Shown here in pieces: positions 40,800-53,781 of a DNA stretch of 64,000 nt. This stretch comes from Paraphysomonas bandaiensis (Eukaryota; Protista; Chrysophyceae): the NCBI GenBank assembly GCA_965644295.1, contig CBFFRP010000414.1, positions 35,004-99,003 on the forward strand. The letters are read 5' to 3'. The notes under the pieces were generated by a model. That model ran no database searches, was not told the origin of the DNA, and was given only the letters and a program-made list of their open reading frames with translations. The translations under genes were made by a program, and so were the position numbers. The stretch's first letter is position 1. Every line of letters starts with the position of its first letter.

Positions 40800-40919
40800 A
40801 ACGGACAGTACCCGGACTTCGCACGTGGTCACCCACCGTACTACTAACCGGGCCAGATGCAACTTAACTTCCGCGAGCGGAACGAGAGCGGGTGCGGTTT
40901 GCATTGTATGACCGTCCAT
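40800..40919 (-). rRNA. 5S rRNA (copy 1)
   Basis: Reverse complement reads ATGGACGGTCATAC...CTCGTTCCGCTCGCGGAAGTTAAG...GTTAGTAGTACGGTGGGTGACCACGTGCGAAGTCC...ACTGTCCGT followed by a T-run terminator. The terminal helix pairs. Confidence 0.93.
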
Positions 40920-41117
40920 ATTGAGTTGACCTGATTTTAAACATAGAAATACACTGCATTGTGTGCAGATACCAGGGTATCGCTTGGCATATATATATTC
41001 TCCAATTTTAGAGTTACCAGCTCCAATGATGCCTAAATATAGGCATACCTCTCACAACAAAAAAACAGTATTTTATACTTTCATGCAGATTTTCGTCAAA
41101 AAAAAGACAAAGACAAA

Positions 41118-41237
41118 AACGGACAGTACCCGGACTTCGCACGTGGTCACCCACCGTACTACTAACCGGGCCAGATGCAACTTAACTTCCGTGAGCGGAA
41201 CGAGAGCGGGTGCGGTTTGCATTGTATGACCGTCCAT
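41118..41237 (-). rRNA. 5S rRNA (copy 2)
   Basis: Same as copy 1 at offset 318, with one substitution. Confidence 0.93.
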
Positions 41238-41470
41238 ATTAGTCCAGCCTTCTATGTCCTATACATATCTTGTTTTTTTACATACTTCTCCACAGTAGGA
41301 TGTACAGTAGGACTATTGTAGTATATATCTACGTAGATTGTCATATGTCACCACACTGGCACAGCTGTATATACAGCAGTACGAAGTCTATCACACGTCA
41401 AACTCCATATCATCAAGTACATACATGTACATCCATATATAACCCCCTCTACACACCCATATATCTCCCC

Positions 41471-44400
41471 ATGCGTTACTCTAAACGATATCTAATCTAT
41501 CTGATTATTTTCTTAATGGGATGGTTTGGAGGAAGCTTCTTTACTCTGATGAATGTATTCACATATCCATACATCTCATTCGATAAGATATCCGATATAT
41601 TAAACCCTTTACAAGACCGAGCAATCAATCTGATTGATAAGAACTTGACTTCAAATACTCTATTAGAGAGTGTGGGGTATAGACAGTTGCCTGTAAGATC
41701 AGATGAGTATACGTATAATGCCAGTGGAGTGGAACAAGTGGTCATACTAGACTGGCCACTAGATGATAAGCTTTTTACCACAGAGAATTACCTTTCACTT
41801 GAAAGTCTACTAGTTTTATATCCATCGGCATTGTTTCGTGTGTTGATACCAACGTCACGTGATGCGTATAGACATAAAGTAGGCAATCTGCTTTCCGTAT
41901 CTCATTTCAAGAAATACAGCAGACTTGGTTTTGATATTGAGGTCGTACCAGTAGGACAACTAGAGCAGAGTCGAGGCCCTGGATATGGTACAGGGTATTG
42001 GCAACGGTGGATGAAGACCTGCTGCATTTCCTGTGATGCAGAGTGCAGGCGAACTGACCGCGTACAGCCACTGCACCTTTTGGTCTTTTTACGCCTCTGT
42101 CGGCTGTGGCGACGGGGAGGAATCGCCTCAGACTTTTCCCTGCTATTCCTCAAGCAACTGACAGGGCCTGAAATTGAACAAGGTTACTTCTTTAAGACTA
42201 CTTGCACGGATAGAGACAACAGGGAAGCGTGGCAAGTATGTACGTTATGGTGTATAAACGTTCTTCACATTTTATCAGGAAGAGCAAGATGCTACTGCAG
42301 GTGGCATGGATATGTTGCCCCTTTCTCATGATAGAGAACGGTATTTCAAGAGTAGCAGGTGTTCTACCTCTTCGCTGTTTGTTTTTAATCGCGTAAGCAC
42401 TCAGCTATAAAAATATTGCGGCCTTGATTTGTTGGTATCTCTGTAGCCCAAGCACCCTGCAGTAGAGTGTGTACTCCACCAGTATGATAACTCCTCCTTC
42501 GTATCCTGCGTGGAGAAGAGCGAAGATGAAGGAGTGGCGTGCCTGGATGAAACCTTGAAGTTTTGTTTCACTTCTCTTGGGTTGAGCAACCACCTTGAAA
42601 TCTCATCGCACTTAGTGGAAACATTTGATGAACTGAAAGAAGATGATGGTAAGATGCATTATGGTGGTTGCTGCAATGACGTGTGTTCATAGTATCACAA
42701 ATATTCCTCTCTCGAGAGTACGATTGGCGAGTGCACCCTCAATCCCGTGTGATATGGATGGGGGACGTTGCTAGAGAGGGGCAGTGGAGGAAATGGTCAC
42801 CGTCAACAGAACATATGACCCGATATAATATATCACTGCTTGAGGCTGTCTTTCTTCGTGTATCGCAATCTCTACGCGCTTTATCCATTCCACTTTCACG
42901 CCAGGATTGCCAAACCTCGTGTCATTCCTTCTCTTCTAGTCCTTTCACATTACCCGGACACGATTCTCCAGTTCGGCCGAGGCGACAGTCGTATCACACT
43001 GGACTAGAGGAAGCTTCATGTGCACCAGGGGCGGTTATTGCGGGTTTTGCGCAGAGCAGTGCGGCCCTTGCCTATGCTCTTTTGACAGCACACCCACAAG
43101 TACTCCCTGCGTTTGGACCGAGTGCTCCACCTGACCTCAGTAAGCGGTCCTCTTGCTACCGTACAAATGCTGGAGATAGGTGATATGACTATGGAATGTA
43201 TATTTTGCATGACTATGTATAGGAGCATTCTCCTCCGCCCGTGGTGTTATCCATATATAAATCCCGAGATTGATAGCGCCTCGACGCACATTATGAACTC
43301 AAGTATTGCGAAATCCACACATACTGCGAATAGACGCGCTGGGTTTATTTCTGTTGACAAAGATGTGCAGTATGCCCTTGATTTTCAAGCCCCTCTGATA
43401 ATGCGGGCGGACAACCCTGAAATGAAAATAATGTTTGTAATCCGTAACCCCATAGAAAGGATGATATATCATTATTTGGAGTTCTTAAAACAATTTCCAA
43501 ACTTGGTACGTGCTACTGTTGCTTTTGTCGCGTGGTTGAGTTTCATTCGCAGAGCTTTGACGCCCTCGTGGACCTAGGACTCGCAAAGGGTGGAAAATTT
43601 GGTATGTATTACGCATGTATCTCATGCAATGCATTTTTTTAATGGTACACTCGTAGGGAGGATGCGGAGTTTACTAACGTCTGGTCCTGGACCGCTACTT
43701 GGAGTTTACTACTCGAGACCGTCCTGTGAGGAACACGATACGAGAGGACTAGATCAAGGGGATACTGACGGTGGAGATTACTTATGTCGCATTGCAGATG
43801 AAATGTTTGCACATTCTATCTATTTACCTCCCGTGTTGCATTTTGGGAGGGTCATGGGTAAGTATTGGGGTGCCTGACGCCATGATTGACATTTTGTGTA
43901 GGAAATGAAAATATTATGATCATTAACATGGACAGCTTTAACTCTACACTGACTATGCCTTTGAAGAGGCTGGATAAGATTGCGCATAAGATATTTGCAT
44001 TCTCTGGTTTATGTGCACACAAAATAAATTCACGCTACCTGAGGGAATTGAATTCCTTACAGATCCCTCGTGCAGTGTCGGTATGTTACATATGATCTAT
44101 CATAAACTATCTTTACTCTAGCGGTTGTAGGATTTGCTAAGCTCAAGAGTGACCGTGGAAACCATAAGGTACAACTTTTGAAAACTTATTATATATGTAC
44201 TAAGTCTATACTTTCTGTGACTCAGAAAGTTGGCTCTCTTTTTGCAACCTTTCAACGTAGAATTGTCTAGGGTGATAGGGCTAGATCTAGAACATTGGAA
44301 CGATGTGGTATTATTGGTTCTACTTTTATAAACCTCATCACGCTGTATATATATTCCGCAGGATGCTTTACTTCGGGTGTATGGGTTCCCCTATAGAGGC

Positions 44401-44634
44401 TCCATCAACGGTACTGTAGGTGAAGGTATTCGTCCACACTGGTTTGAGGAGCCCGGTGATGAGAGCACAACGGAAAGTGGAGATGATGACACTGAAAAGA
44501 CTACATCTGGTGGAATGGGCGTACTCACAATCGCCAAAAATAGCATTCTCAGAGCACTGTTTCCACCTAGGAAGGAAGGAGAAGATGGCGATAGTGGCTT
44601 TAATACAACGATAGGAATGATGGCTATGTTTTAG
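41471..44634 (+). CDS. Type II membrane protein: GT32/DxD-sugar-binding-like domain fused to a sulfotransferase-like domain, multi-exon
   Basis: N-terminal anchor. LSLESLL..YP and LRLCRLWRRGGIASDFS are GT32-like. PGAVIAGF...LTAHPQV, PEMKIMFVIRNPIER and SIYLPPV are sulfotransferase-like. Confidence 0.7.
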
Positions 44635-45590
44635 TGCTAAGTATGTATGTATTATTTATTTTACCGAGAAGCGATACATATTATGTCTTACTAGTTGATA
44701 GTTGGAGCAGGAGTATTTATTTTAATCCAGAAAACTTAGTACTTTGTGGTAAAATATAAATAGATTATTAGTGTGACTTTTGAAGTATCATGAAGTAGTT
44801 TTCAAGTTAAGAGGAATTCTTATTTTCGTGTCATTATGTTGCGTTAGCTGCTGATATTAAAGCATTACACTATACAGTATGTACCAGTTTATACAAAGTG
44901 TTACTGTGAATATCTCCTCAGAGTGCAAAGCGAATGTGCTTCAAAATTACAATATCTCATGGAATAGGAACTACGCATTGAGATAATATTACTACTCTGA
45001 ATTCGGATTCAAAAATGTACCGATCAATGGAGAACATATATATACTAATGACGAATAACATACACAATTTATACTGGTGCACGTAGTTTGATTGTAGCGG
45101 TCAATCTGGAGATTTGAGGCAGCAATATAATTGCATGATATTGCTTTCGTTTTTCTATTACCGAAGTGGCCAAACAGATGATCCAAGATCGCAGTCAACG
45201 CGGATTCTCACCTATCCCCACACAACCCATAAGTCCCCTCACCTCGGACACGATGATGCTTCAGCAGAGGATCACAGCTGTGCAAATGAACACATCTCCT
45301 ACATGTCTAACACTTTCACGCCCCCACATATGCAAACCTCAACGTAGGCAATTCCACGAGCCCTATTTATGTCCAATTTATACGCTGCAGTCAGCGGCGC
45401 CCCGAGACTGCTGATTCTACGCCTCTACATCGAACCCTTCCACTCTCCCTCGGAACACTATCCTCCCATCGACATAACTCTGACCCTCCCTTAAACGCCG
45501 CGGTCCCCTACACCATAGAGCGTCCCCCTGATTAACCACACCTCTTGACAATGAAGGACTGCACGTCCATGGGCAGCTCTCACAGTTATT

Positions 45591-45800
45591 TAAGAACTCA
45601 AAACCCTGAATTCAGCAGATGTCAAGTATATCAACATTCTGCTTGCTCACTGTGTTTGATTTGAATGATAGAGCGAAAGTGGTTGCACCTTGGTGCTTGC
45701 GGCGATGCACAAGCAGCTCTCGTAGCGTTGAAGAATAAGATATCAGGGTTAAGTACTGACTGCTTAACGCCTATTGCTAAAATAAGACATTCACTACTAT
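45591..45800 (+). mobile_element. 5'-truncated copy of the SINE-like family (copy 5)
   Basis: AGAACTCAAAA...CAGCAGATGTCA...TGAT (long-form body) is joined to the short-form 3' end, finishing GACATTCACTACTAT. Confidence 0.7.
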
Positions 45801-46387
45801 CGCAGTGGTAATGACACAATGCTGTGAGCTGTAGGCACTCGCTATATATAGACTGTTAACTTGTTCGAACTGTTGTTGTATCCATTGAGCACGTGAGATC
45901 ACTGCAACTCAACCGTCAATGAGATGGCCATACACAGGACAGCAGAAATAAGTTCCATTTTTTCCTAAAAATCCATTTAAAACATTATAAAATCTGATAT
46001 TTCGTGAAATATGATGTTTTCCCTTTTCAAAATCGGAGAAAGATATAAAAAGTTCCAATAAACGTGATAAAAACTATTCAATTTGGGTTAATCTCCTTAA
46101 GATACGGATTTGAAATTCAAAATCTGAATTCTTCTTTCCAATAGGAATCATATACACAGTACTGCTATAGGGGTCTATATACAGTACATACAGTAGTAGA
46201 GTATAGTGTACTATACCTATAGGATGGATCCACTTGTCTCATATATACATACATATACATACATATTCATACTGTACATACATACATACATCCAAACGAT
46301 CATAAATTTGATTTCAAGTCCATATATACATACACACACCTCTCATAACCCACAACACCCTCCCATCACTCTCCATTACCTCTCAAT

Positions 46388-48745
46388 ATGTTCCGAGACT
46401 CATCTAATCTCCCCTTATCAACTAGTCAATTCTCACAAGATGAGTTTGGTCTCACACCGAGTGATATCGATACAACTATACATACATTATCCCCTGTAAG
46501 AAAACGAGGAAAACCAGGTCGTATATCTCGTTTATTAGGCATGGATACAGAGAATAATCCAAGTTTATTTAATTTAGCTGTCTCACAAGACAGTCAATTA
46601 TCACAATCACAAACAAGTTGTTCCCAGCAGGATGTTATGAATCGTTTAGGGCAATTATCATGTCGTGTACCCTATGAAACATCTATGGATGGATATGAGG
46701 ATCATACGAATGAATCTTATGTTGTTCCATCTCTTACTCCAAAACCATCTCTTCCTAAAACGGACAATAAATCAGATGGATATGGTGAAAAGAAGATCAC
46801 TATTGCACCTGCTGTTATCAATCCATTTATACGCGAGGGATACAAGTCATCAAAGCATAAGCGGCCTACAACAATGTGGATACAACCATACAAAGAGAGA
46901 CCTCGTTATATAACTGATTTTGAGGAAGAAGGTGTGTTAGGAGAAGGATCATTCTCAGTCGTATATCGAGCAAGAAAGCGCATCGACGGTACAGAATACG
47001 CAGTGAAGCGTTTAAAATCACGTATTTGTAGTGAGTCTGAGGGAATTCACCTTCTACGTGAAGTGTGTGCACTTGCTGCGTTGAAGGGCTGTCCCAATCT
47101 TGTTCAATTCTACAATGCTTGGGTGGAAGATGCCCATATCTGGATGCAAATGGAACTATGTTTGAAAACTAATCTCGATGTCTTTGTTCGGACTGAGCAG
47201 CGTCGTTGCACTTTGGAGAGCTCGACTCCGCATAGCGCGATGCTGTTTATGGATGATGATGTTGTAAGCGGAAGCAATGGCGACTGTAAAGATGACGTTT
47301 ACACTCCTGTAGATGAGCCTGCTCGGTTTGTTCCTCAGATTGAACTCTTTACTGAAAAGGTTTTTTGGAAGATTCTTCAAGGGATATGCAGTGCATTGGC
47401 GTTTATGCACTCCAAGGGTATGTACATTCACTTTCATTTCTTATGCATAATTATCATATTGTGGGATTTAATGTGTTATGTATTTTCTACTGCATGCAAT
47501 GTTCCTACCAGCTCACCCATTACAATGTACAGGTATGGCCCACCTTGATATTCGCCCTGCAAATGTATTTTTGTCCCCCTCACCTGCCTCATCCAATTTA
47601 AGGGAGAGTAATGTGGGCACTACTGACGAGCCTTCTGTGAGTTTATATTCCAGAGTTAAGATGGGTGTCGACAGAGCGAATTCTATTTCGTCGAACACAT
47701 CTTCAGGAATGTCAGTAAGTGCGTCTCAAGGAGATAGTCAGGATATATTACGCCCCCCAGCCCTCAGCGTTCCTCCACTGAGCAGTCAGCGTACTGATGT
47801 GTCTCCCCCAATTACACATGTGATTACTGCTGAGGAAGTCAGAGACAACGTATCGTCTGGTCATTGGGAAATCCGGCTTGGAGATCTGGGTAAGTTTTCT
47901 GGACGATCAGATTGTGTCTTAGCCCAATAATATTTATGATGCATGTTAGATCTTAATTGTATTTGTGATGCATGTTAGATCTTCATTGTACACGATGCTA
48001 CTTCTTGATGTCATCTTTCTAATGAGTGTATAACATAAGGACTATGTTGCTCCTTTGGTGACCATTCCACTTTCACGGAAGGTGAAAGCCGATACTGTGC
48101 AGGTATGTGTGTGTGCCAAAATATAAAATTGCTGAATAGTTTTCACCTATCGTATATAGTGTATATATTAGTTGTCGTTTTGCACAGAACATGAAATATG
48201 TGCATCACAGAATGTGTGGTTATGTTTTCGTTTTCAGGAGAGCTTATCAACGGCTCGTCGAAATCGATAGACTTTGCGAAGGCTGATATTTTTTCAGTTG
48301 GAGCTTCACTTCTGGAACTTTGTACTGGTAGACCGCTCAGTGCAGGTGGTGATGACACACAAGAGTGGCATAGTCTCAGAGACGGGGTCTTGCTTAGAGA
48401 TAATGGGGTGGCTGGTCATTGGGGAGATCGGGATATGTCGATGTACTCCGAATCAATACGAGATGTGCTTAAACAGGTATCTACTATTTTTAAAATGTGT
48501 ATCTCGATTAAATGCTAAGGGTGCAGATGCTTCATCCCGAAATTAGTAATCGTCCAGATGCTACTACCCTTCGAGATTTGGCAACACGGGAACTTCGGAA
48601 ACTTGTCGTCGCATCATGTGCGAATGGATTGAATATTGCCGAAGCAGAAATGGCGTCTGATGTTGACTTGATGGATAAACTGTATGCCGAGGTACAACGG
48701 CTTAAGCTAGAGAATCATAAACTGCGGAATCATTGTTTATCGTAA
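46388..48745 (+). CDS. WEE1: Wee1-like protein kinase, multi-exon
   Basis: RYITDFEE..LGEGSFSVVYRARKRIDGTEYAVK, REVCALAAL, HLDIRPANVF, LGDLG, EGESRY, KADIFSVG. Confidence 0.88.
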
Positions 48746-49406
48746 TAGGAAGCAATATGTTATGAGTACTGCAAAAAACGAGTTTGGAAGAAATGGTTGT
48801 TGATGGCTTGTAATTAGTGCGTTTGTTCAATGATTTGTATGTTACTACTCTACCATTTTGCGTAGATAATTGATAAATTTTCGAGTATATGCATTCTTCC
48901 GGCAATAGCGTATCAGGTTACAATTACCTTTTGTCTTTAGTCCTTCGATTTTCTATGTATCCTTAACATTTCATTATTTATTCTGATCAGGATTGATTAT
49001 GGGCCACATAATATTAAGCTCATATGTTAGTTCATGTGCGTGTCATACCCATTACAATACGAGGATTCAGTAACCGCTTAGAGCAACGACTCTTAATAAT
49101 TATATTATTACATTCTCCAGTTTAGCTTGAAACTAGAGCGGCATATTTAATGACTCATCAAGCATTAAATTCAGTGTGTGTTGTTTATGATGAAAAGAGA
49201 CATATATTTGAAAAGTATATATCGGCTACCGATTCCTTGTGAGGAAACCATTTTTCGCGAAAGATTGACAATCATATGAGTTTTGTCTTCGCACAAAATG
49301 GCTCGGGTAGCAGATATAAGGTTGATATGCACATACATTGACGCCACTATACACAATCAAACTGTGTAAATCAACTCAAAAAAAATTGTGTAGCAAGGCT
49401 TGAATC

Positions 49407-50923
49407 CTATAAATCGCTTTCTTCATATCGATCCTCTTCCTCGCCCCCACTGCTGTCGCTCAACAGGAAGTTCTGTAAGGTTCAGTTCTATTAATGAAAC
49501 CATAATTACGGAATAGAATAATTATATACCTGAGACTTGTAAAGTTCGGCATCGATGATGCGAAGTGTATGATGAAACAAGAAAGCACAGGAAAATGAGG
49601 ACAAGTTTACGTGTGGAGACACTGACACCCCTCTATCGTATGCATTAGCCATACATCTAGCGGGATGTGATCGAGGAATCACGAATCCACCCTTATGGGT
49701 GATATTATCAGCAGCAGATGCCAACATATATTCCGAGGAATACAAACTATTATCACTGTTACTCTGACAGAAAACGTCCTGCTCGAACGAAAGCACATCA
49801 AATTCGAAAGGAACTTGACCAAAGTTCATTGATACAGGATAGTGGGAATCCATGCCCTATAAAAAGTATTAGAAATAGGTATGACTCTTGATAACATAAC
49901 AGTAATAAGTAATAAGTATACTAAATTAACATGGGAACAGGTAACCGCAAAACTTACCACGGTGGGAAACCAAGGTATTTGGAAAAAACTACTGTTCAGA
50001 ATATTCAGAGGATTTCCTTGTAGCTTCCCGTTTTTGGTTAAAAAAATTTTACCAGCCTCCCCTGTGCTGGGAGTCGGGTAAACAATTCCGCAACCAATTG
50101 TGTCTCCAGGTCCGTACCCGGAGGCTCCAAAAGCTTGACCTATCCCGCCTTGAAAAAACAAGCCACCATCACTAATATACCCCAGAGAAAACCTATCGAA
50201 ACCAGGTAATTGATCTCGGAGGGAAAAGGGGGGGCACGAGAGTCCAACACAAGTAAGATATCGATCTGTCACTGTATTAATAGTCTGGGTTGTATATGTT
50301 CCGTCTCTGTTAATAGCGGTATGAATCGTAGTCTCAAAGTATGCTACAGAAGATAATGACACGTGACAGACACCTCTGGGACTTTTCCGAGAATCCATGA
50401 AGGCACGGGTAAATTTAGGGACGGGTATTTGAGAACACTCTCGATGATTCGGAAAATATGGAAAACAGTTATTCGATACAATTGATCTGAGTGATTTTCG
50501 TAGTTCTCCAGTATAAGCTATCCATTCAATGTTTTGATCTTTCCCTTCTACACATACTCTGTGTATATGATCTGGACCCCGATATCCTGATGTGATAGCT
50601 AGATCGACTGTATTAGGCCAGCATGGGATCCGTGCGTATAGCATCATCACGTAATCAATAAGATCGTCTCGTGTATATCGATTAGAGTGTATGAGTGGAT
50701 CAAAATATTGTGCAGGATAAAAGAAACATTCCTGTAACATATTTGCTAATAGATCTGTGTATAGATGTATGTGTGAGTGGATAAGATGATGATATCTCTG
50801 AGATGTTTGTGTGAATGAAAACAGATCACTGAACCATAAATACGATGCCATATGAACAACTATATCATCTGCTAAAATTCTCATTGATATTCGTTCTCTT
50901 TTCTTTGTAGAGGATGATATCAT
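49407..50923 (-). CDS. F-box-like + SPRY domain protein
   Basis: LADDIVVHMASYL..SDL (F-box-like); AYFETTI, LPG...SLGYISDG, YGPGDTIGCGI, IFLTKNG, WFPTV, NFGQVPFEFD (SPRY). Start codon uncertain. Confidence 0.8.
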
Positions 50924-51300
50924 CGTTCTCAATACATGTGATCGAGGGAGATAGAGATATGTATGGAATGTATAGATATGACTATGTGACATATGAAGAG
51001 ATAGGTTTGAACTTGAATATCTATAAGGATAAAATTTTATTGGAGGGAAGGGAAGTTCTTTCTCAATTCTATCCAATGAAATGAATGGATTTATATTTTA
51101 TTTGTTATAAAAGGATTTTCTTCATCTTCAACATGTGAAGTGAATCAGAACAGATGTATATATCCCTTTGACACAGTACATCTACTGTACATCTAGATGA
51201 TTCATTAAAATTGCTGATTTTATATAACGACATATCTAAAAACTTGTGATTTTATTAAAAAAAAGAACTATCGTTTACACAAAAACGATAAACAGCAAAA

Positions 51301-51372
51301 AGCCTTAACAGGGAGTCGAACCCTGGACCTCTGCATTACAAGTGCAGTGCTCTACCACTAAGCTATCAAGGC
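51301..51372 (-). tRNA. tRNA-Thr(UGU)
   Basis: Reverse complement GCCTTGATAGCTTAGTGGTAGAGCACTGCACTTGTAATGCAGAGGTCCAGGGTTCGACTCCCTGTTAAGGCT forms a full cloverleaf with anticodon TGT. Confidence 0.96.
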
Positions 51373-51519
51373 AGACATTCCACTTAATGATATTAAACTC
51401 CATAAAAATTATATAATAAATAAGCATTTTATATTACTATAATACTTAAATCATTAACGTATATATAGTTAAGTACACACGATGACCGTACGGAGGTCGC
51501 TGGACAAACAGACAAGTAG

Positions 51520-52975
51520 TATGTACGTGTAGGCATTCGTCGAACAAGAATCATGCATGCATATACATAAGCATCCCACCAAAAAATTACGGGTAAACCT
51601 GAGTCCATTAACAGAGCCAGAGTCATTTCTCCCAATGTTCGATACCTACGCTCCTACGCTCAGATACACCATTCATCTCAGGGCTGTCTGTGGAGCTCCA
51701 AGTGATGCTAGTTCCAAACTTGCTCATTAAGTATTGCTGAATGGACTTGTCGATCAACTCAACCCCCCATCCGAATGGTACTCTATCAACCGGTGTGAAC
51801 CGGGATATGTAGGGAGTATACGCTCAACCCAGTCCTTCACGCAACTCAACACCTCATTCGCAGACCGTGTCTCCAACGGATATTCCCAAAACTCCTTGGT
51901 GGTTATATATCTGATAATGTCAGAACTTATTTATATCCCTGTCGAGATGGACAATTGAAATATACAGCAATTGTAACACCCTCCTATTGGTGTCAGCATC
52001 ATCTAATACAGTAACGAGTCCAATATCTCTGACGCGCTGCTCATCAGCACTCGATATCGACTGTTGTTCTTCAATAATCATTGCTCTGATCCTTCTCAGA
52101 GCTAAATGAAACAGGCTAGAGTCATGAACCTCCATTTCAGGTTCTCCCTCCATGGTACTAATAGATAACTAACAATGAATATGACTACAACTACAATACT
52201 ATCTACAAGCAACTTCCAGAGTACAGAAATTGCATCTTATTATCACTAATCAATATATACATATGATTCCCAGGCCAGAGGAAGGCCTCCAGGAATGACC
52301 TTCATCCATATACGTCACTAATAGCTCAGCCTGATCACAACGGATTCATCATCAATGCATAAGGGAAGATACATTCAGTATTCTCATTGTAGTTGAAGCC
52401 TTGTAAACGTATAAGAAGTACCTAATGAAATACGTAATGTATAACTGTATTACTGGATAATCTGGCAATACACGTCTATCAGAGTGGATATCAAACCCGG
52501 AATTCTCCAGTAAACTTCTCCAGCCTTAAGCATTAATATATATATATAATAAGAACATATACATATAAACCATCAATCATAATATCTTCATCATTGAACT
52601 TCATTATTGGTAATCCTGCCTTTCTTTGTCTATTGAATAGATATATAAGTATCAATGATAAGCATAAATTGTCATATTCATAATATATCATATAGCTTAA
52701 TGTGAGATATGGTAATAATGTAATAATAATAATATTCAACCTATGTTGTCCAGATAGTATGTACAAACTTAAGCATATATACAATAGAGAGCTCATATAG
52801 CATAAAATAACCAGATGGCTGGTTATTACACAATGTCTACAGAAACCTTCTCAAGAAACTCCATAGCTTGCAATTGTTCATCTCTCTTTGCGGTGAATGA
52901 TTTCCTTGTCATCTTTGATTTTGCGCAAGCTTTACAAATACGTTTCATTTTTCGTAAAAACTCTTCTTGCTGAGG
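51520..52975 (-). mobile_element. Degenerate Ty1/Copia relic: integrase core and gag-pre-integrase fragments
   Basis: NGVSERR...LGEMTLALLMDSGLPVIFWWDAY...RMPT (~51520-51900) and CKACAKSKMTRKSF...LEKVSVDI (52826-52940). The two fragments are separated by AT-rich DNA. Confidence 0.78.
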
Positions 52976-53450
52976 TGTTGTCGAGTTAATCTGAAAGTGT
53001 GGTTGATGAGGAAGAACAGAAACCATCTAGGTCTAGAGGACCGTCCAGTAAGACCAGCAAAAAATGCGCCAGTGACTGTCCGAAATAAGTACAAAGAGGA
53101 TCTGGACAAGTGGCTGGAGAGGAAAGACACGTGCATCAGTTCGATATTTGAAGCTGTTCAACTAGTCGCTGAAGCCCTTGAGATCGTGGATCAGTACTTC
53201 CGGGAGAAGGATGTGCTCCCGCAGGACCATCCTGAGAAAGAGCAGTTAGCGAGTGAACTCATCTCTAGGTTAATTGTTCGGTTTCGAGGGGATATCCAAT
53301 AAGAATTAGTTGAATTGAATAAGAAGTTTGCAGGATTCAAAATTCTACCGGGGGAACTCGTGTGCGCAGCAATCGATCGACTAAACGGAATCTGTCAAAA
53401 AATGTCCGAGTTGGGGGAACCTCCCACTGACATCGCTAAAAAAACGAAGT
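52975..53450 (+). mobile_element. Copia gag-like fragment in the opposite orientation
   Basis: KWLERKDTCISSI...LISRLIVRFRG..*..LNKKFAGFKILPGELVCAAIDRLNGICQKMSELGEPPTD resembles the Copia gag (UBN2-type) region; it has an internal stop. Confidence 0.6.
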
Positions 53451-53781
53451 AACACTTGGTAATAAGACCTTGATAAACACTTATATAGAATATTATATAA
53501 TTATAAGAGATACCATTCTTTATTCATTGACGTTCACCAACTCTTTTTATCTCTACTACACCAACCATTTCTAGTACGATCTTACATCGTCACTATCTTG
53601 TACAGTCAGTATATTTCTGTTTCATCACTACAATGGCTATCATCTTATTGGTTCTGAAAATACGGTTAGCTACTACTGTATTCTTTCAGTAACGGATATA
53701 ATTCAAATATATTAGAAGCTACAGCTTTTAATTGCTCACAAACAGCAAAACTCAACACAATCTATACGTTACTTAACTTAG

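Noticed and set aside
45166-45560. Possible decayed LINE reverse-transcriptase fragment upstream of SINE copy 5
   Set aside because: Only faint QxGF and GVP-like traces that need several frameshifts; cannot be supported without a tblastn/HMM search.
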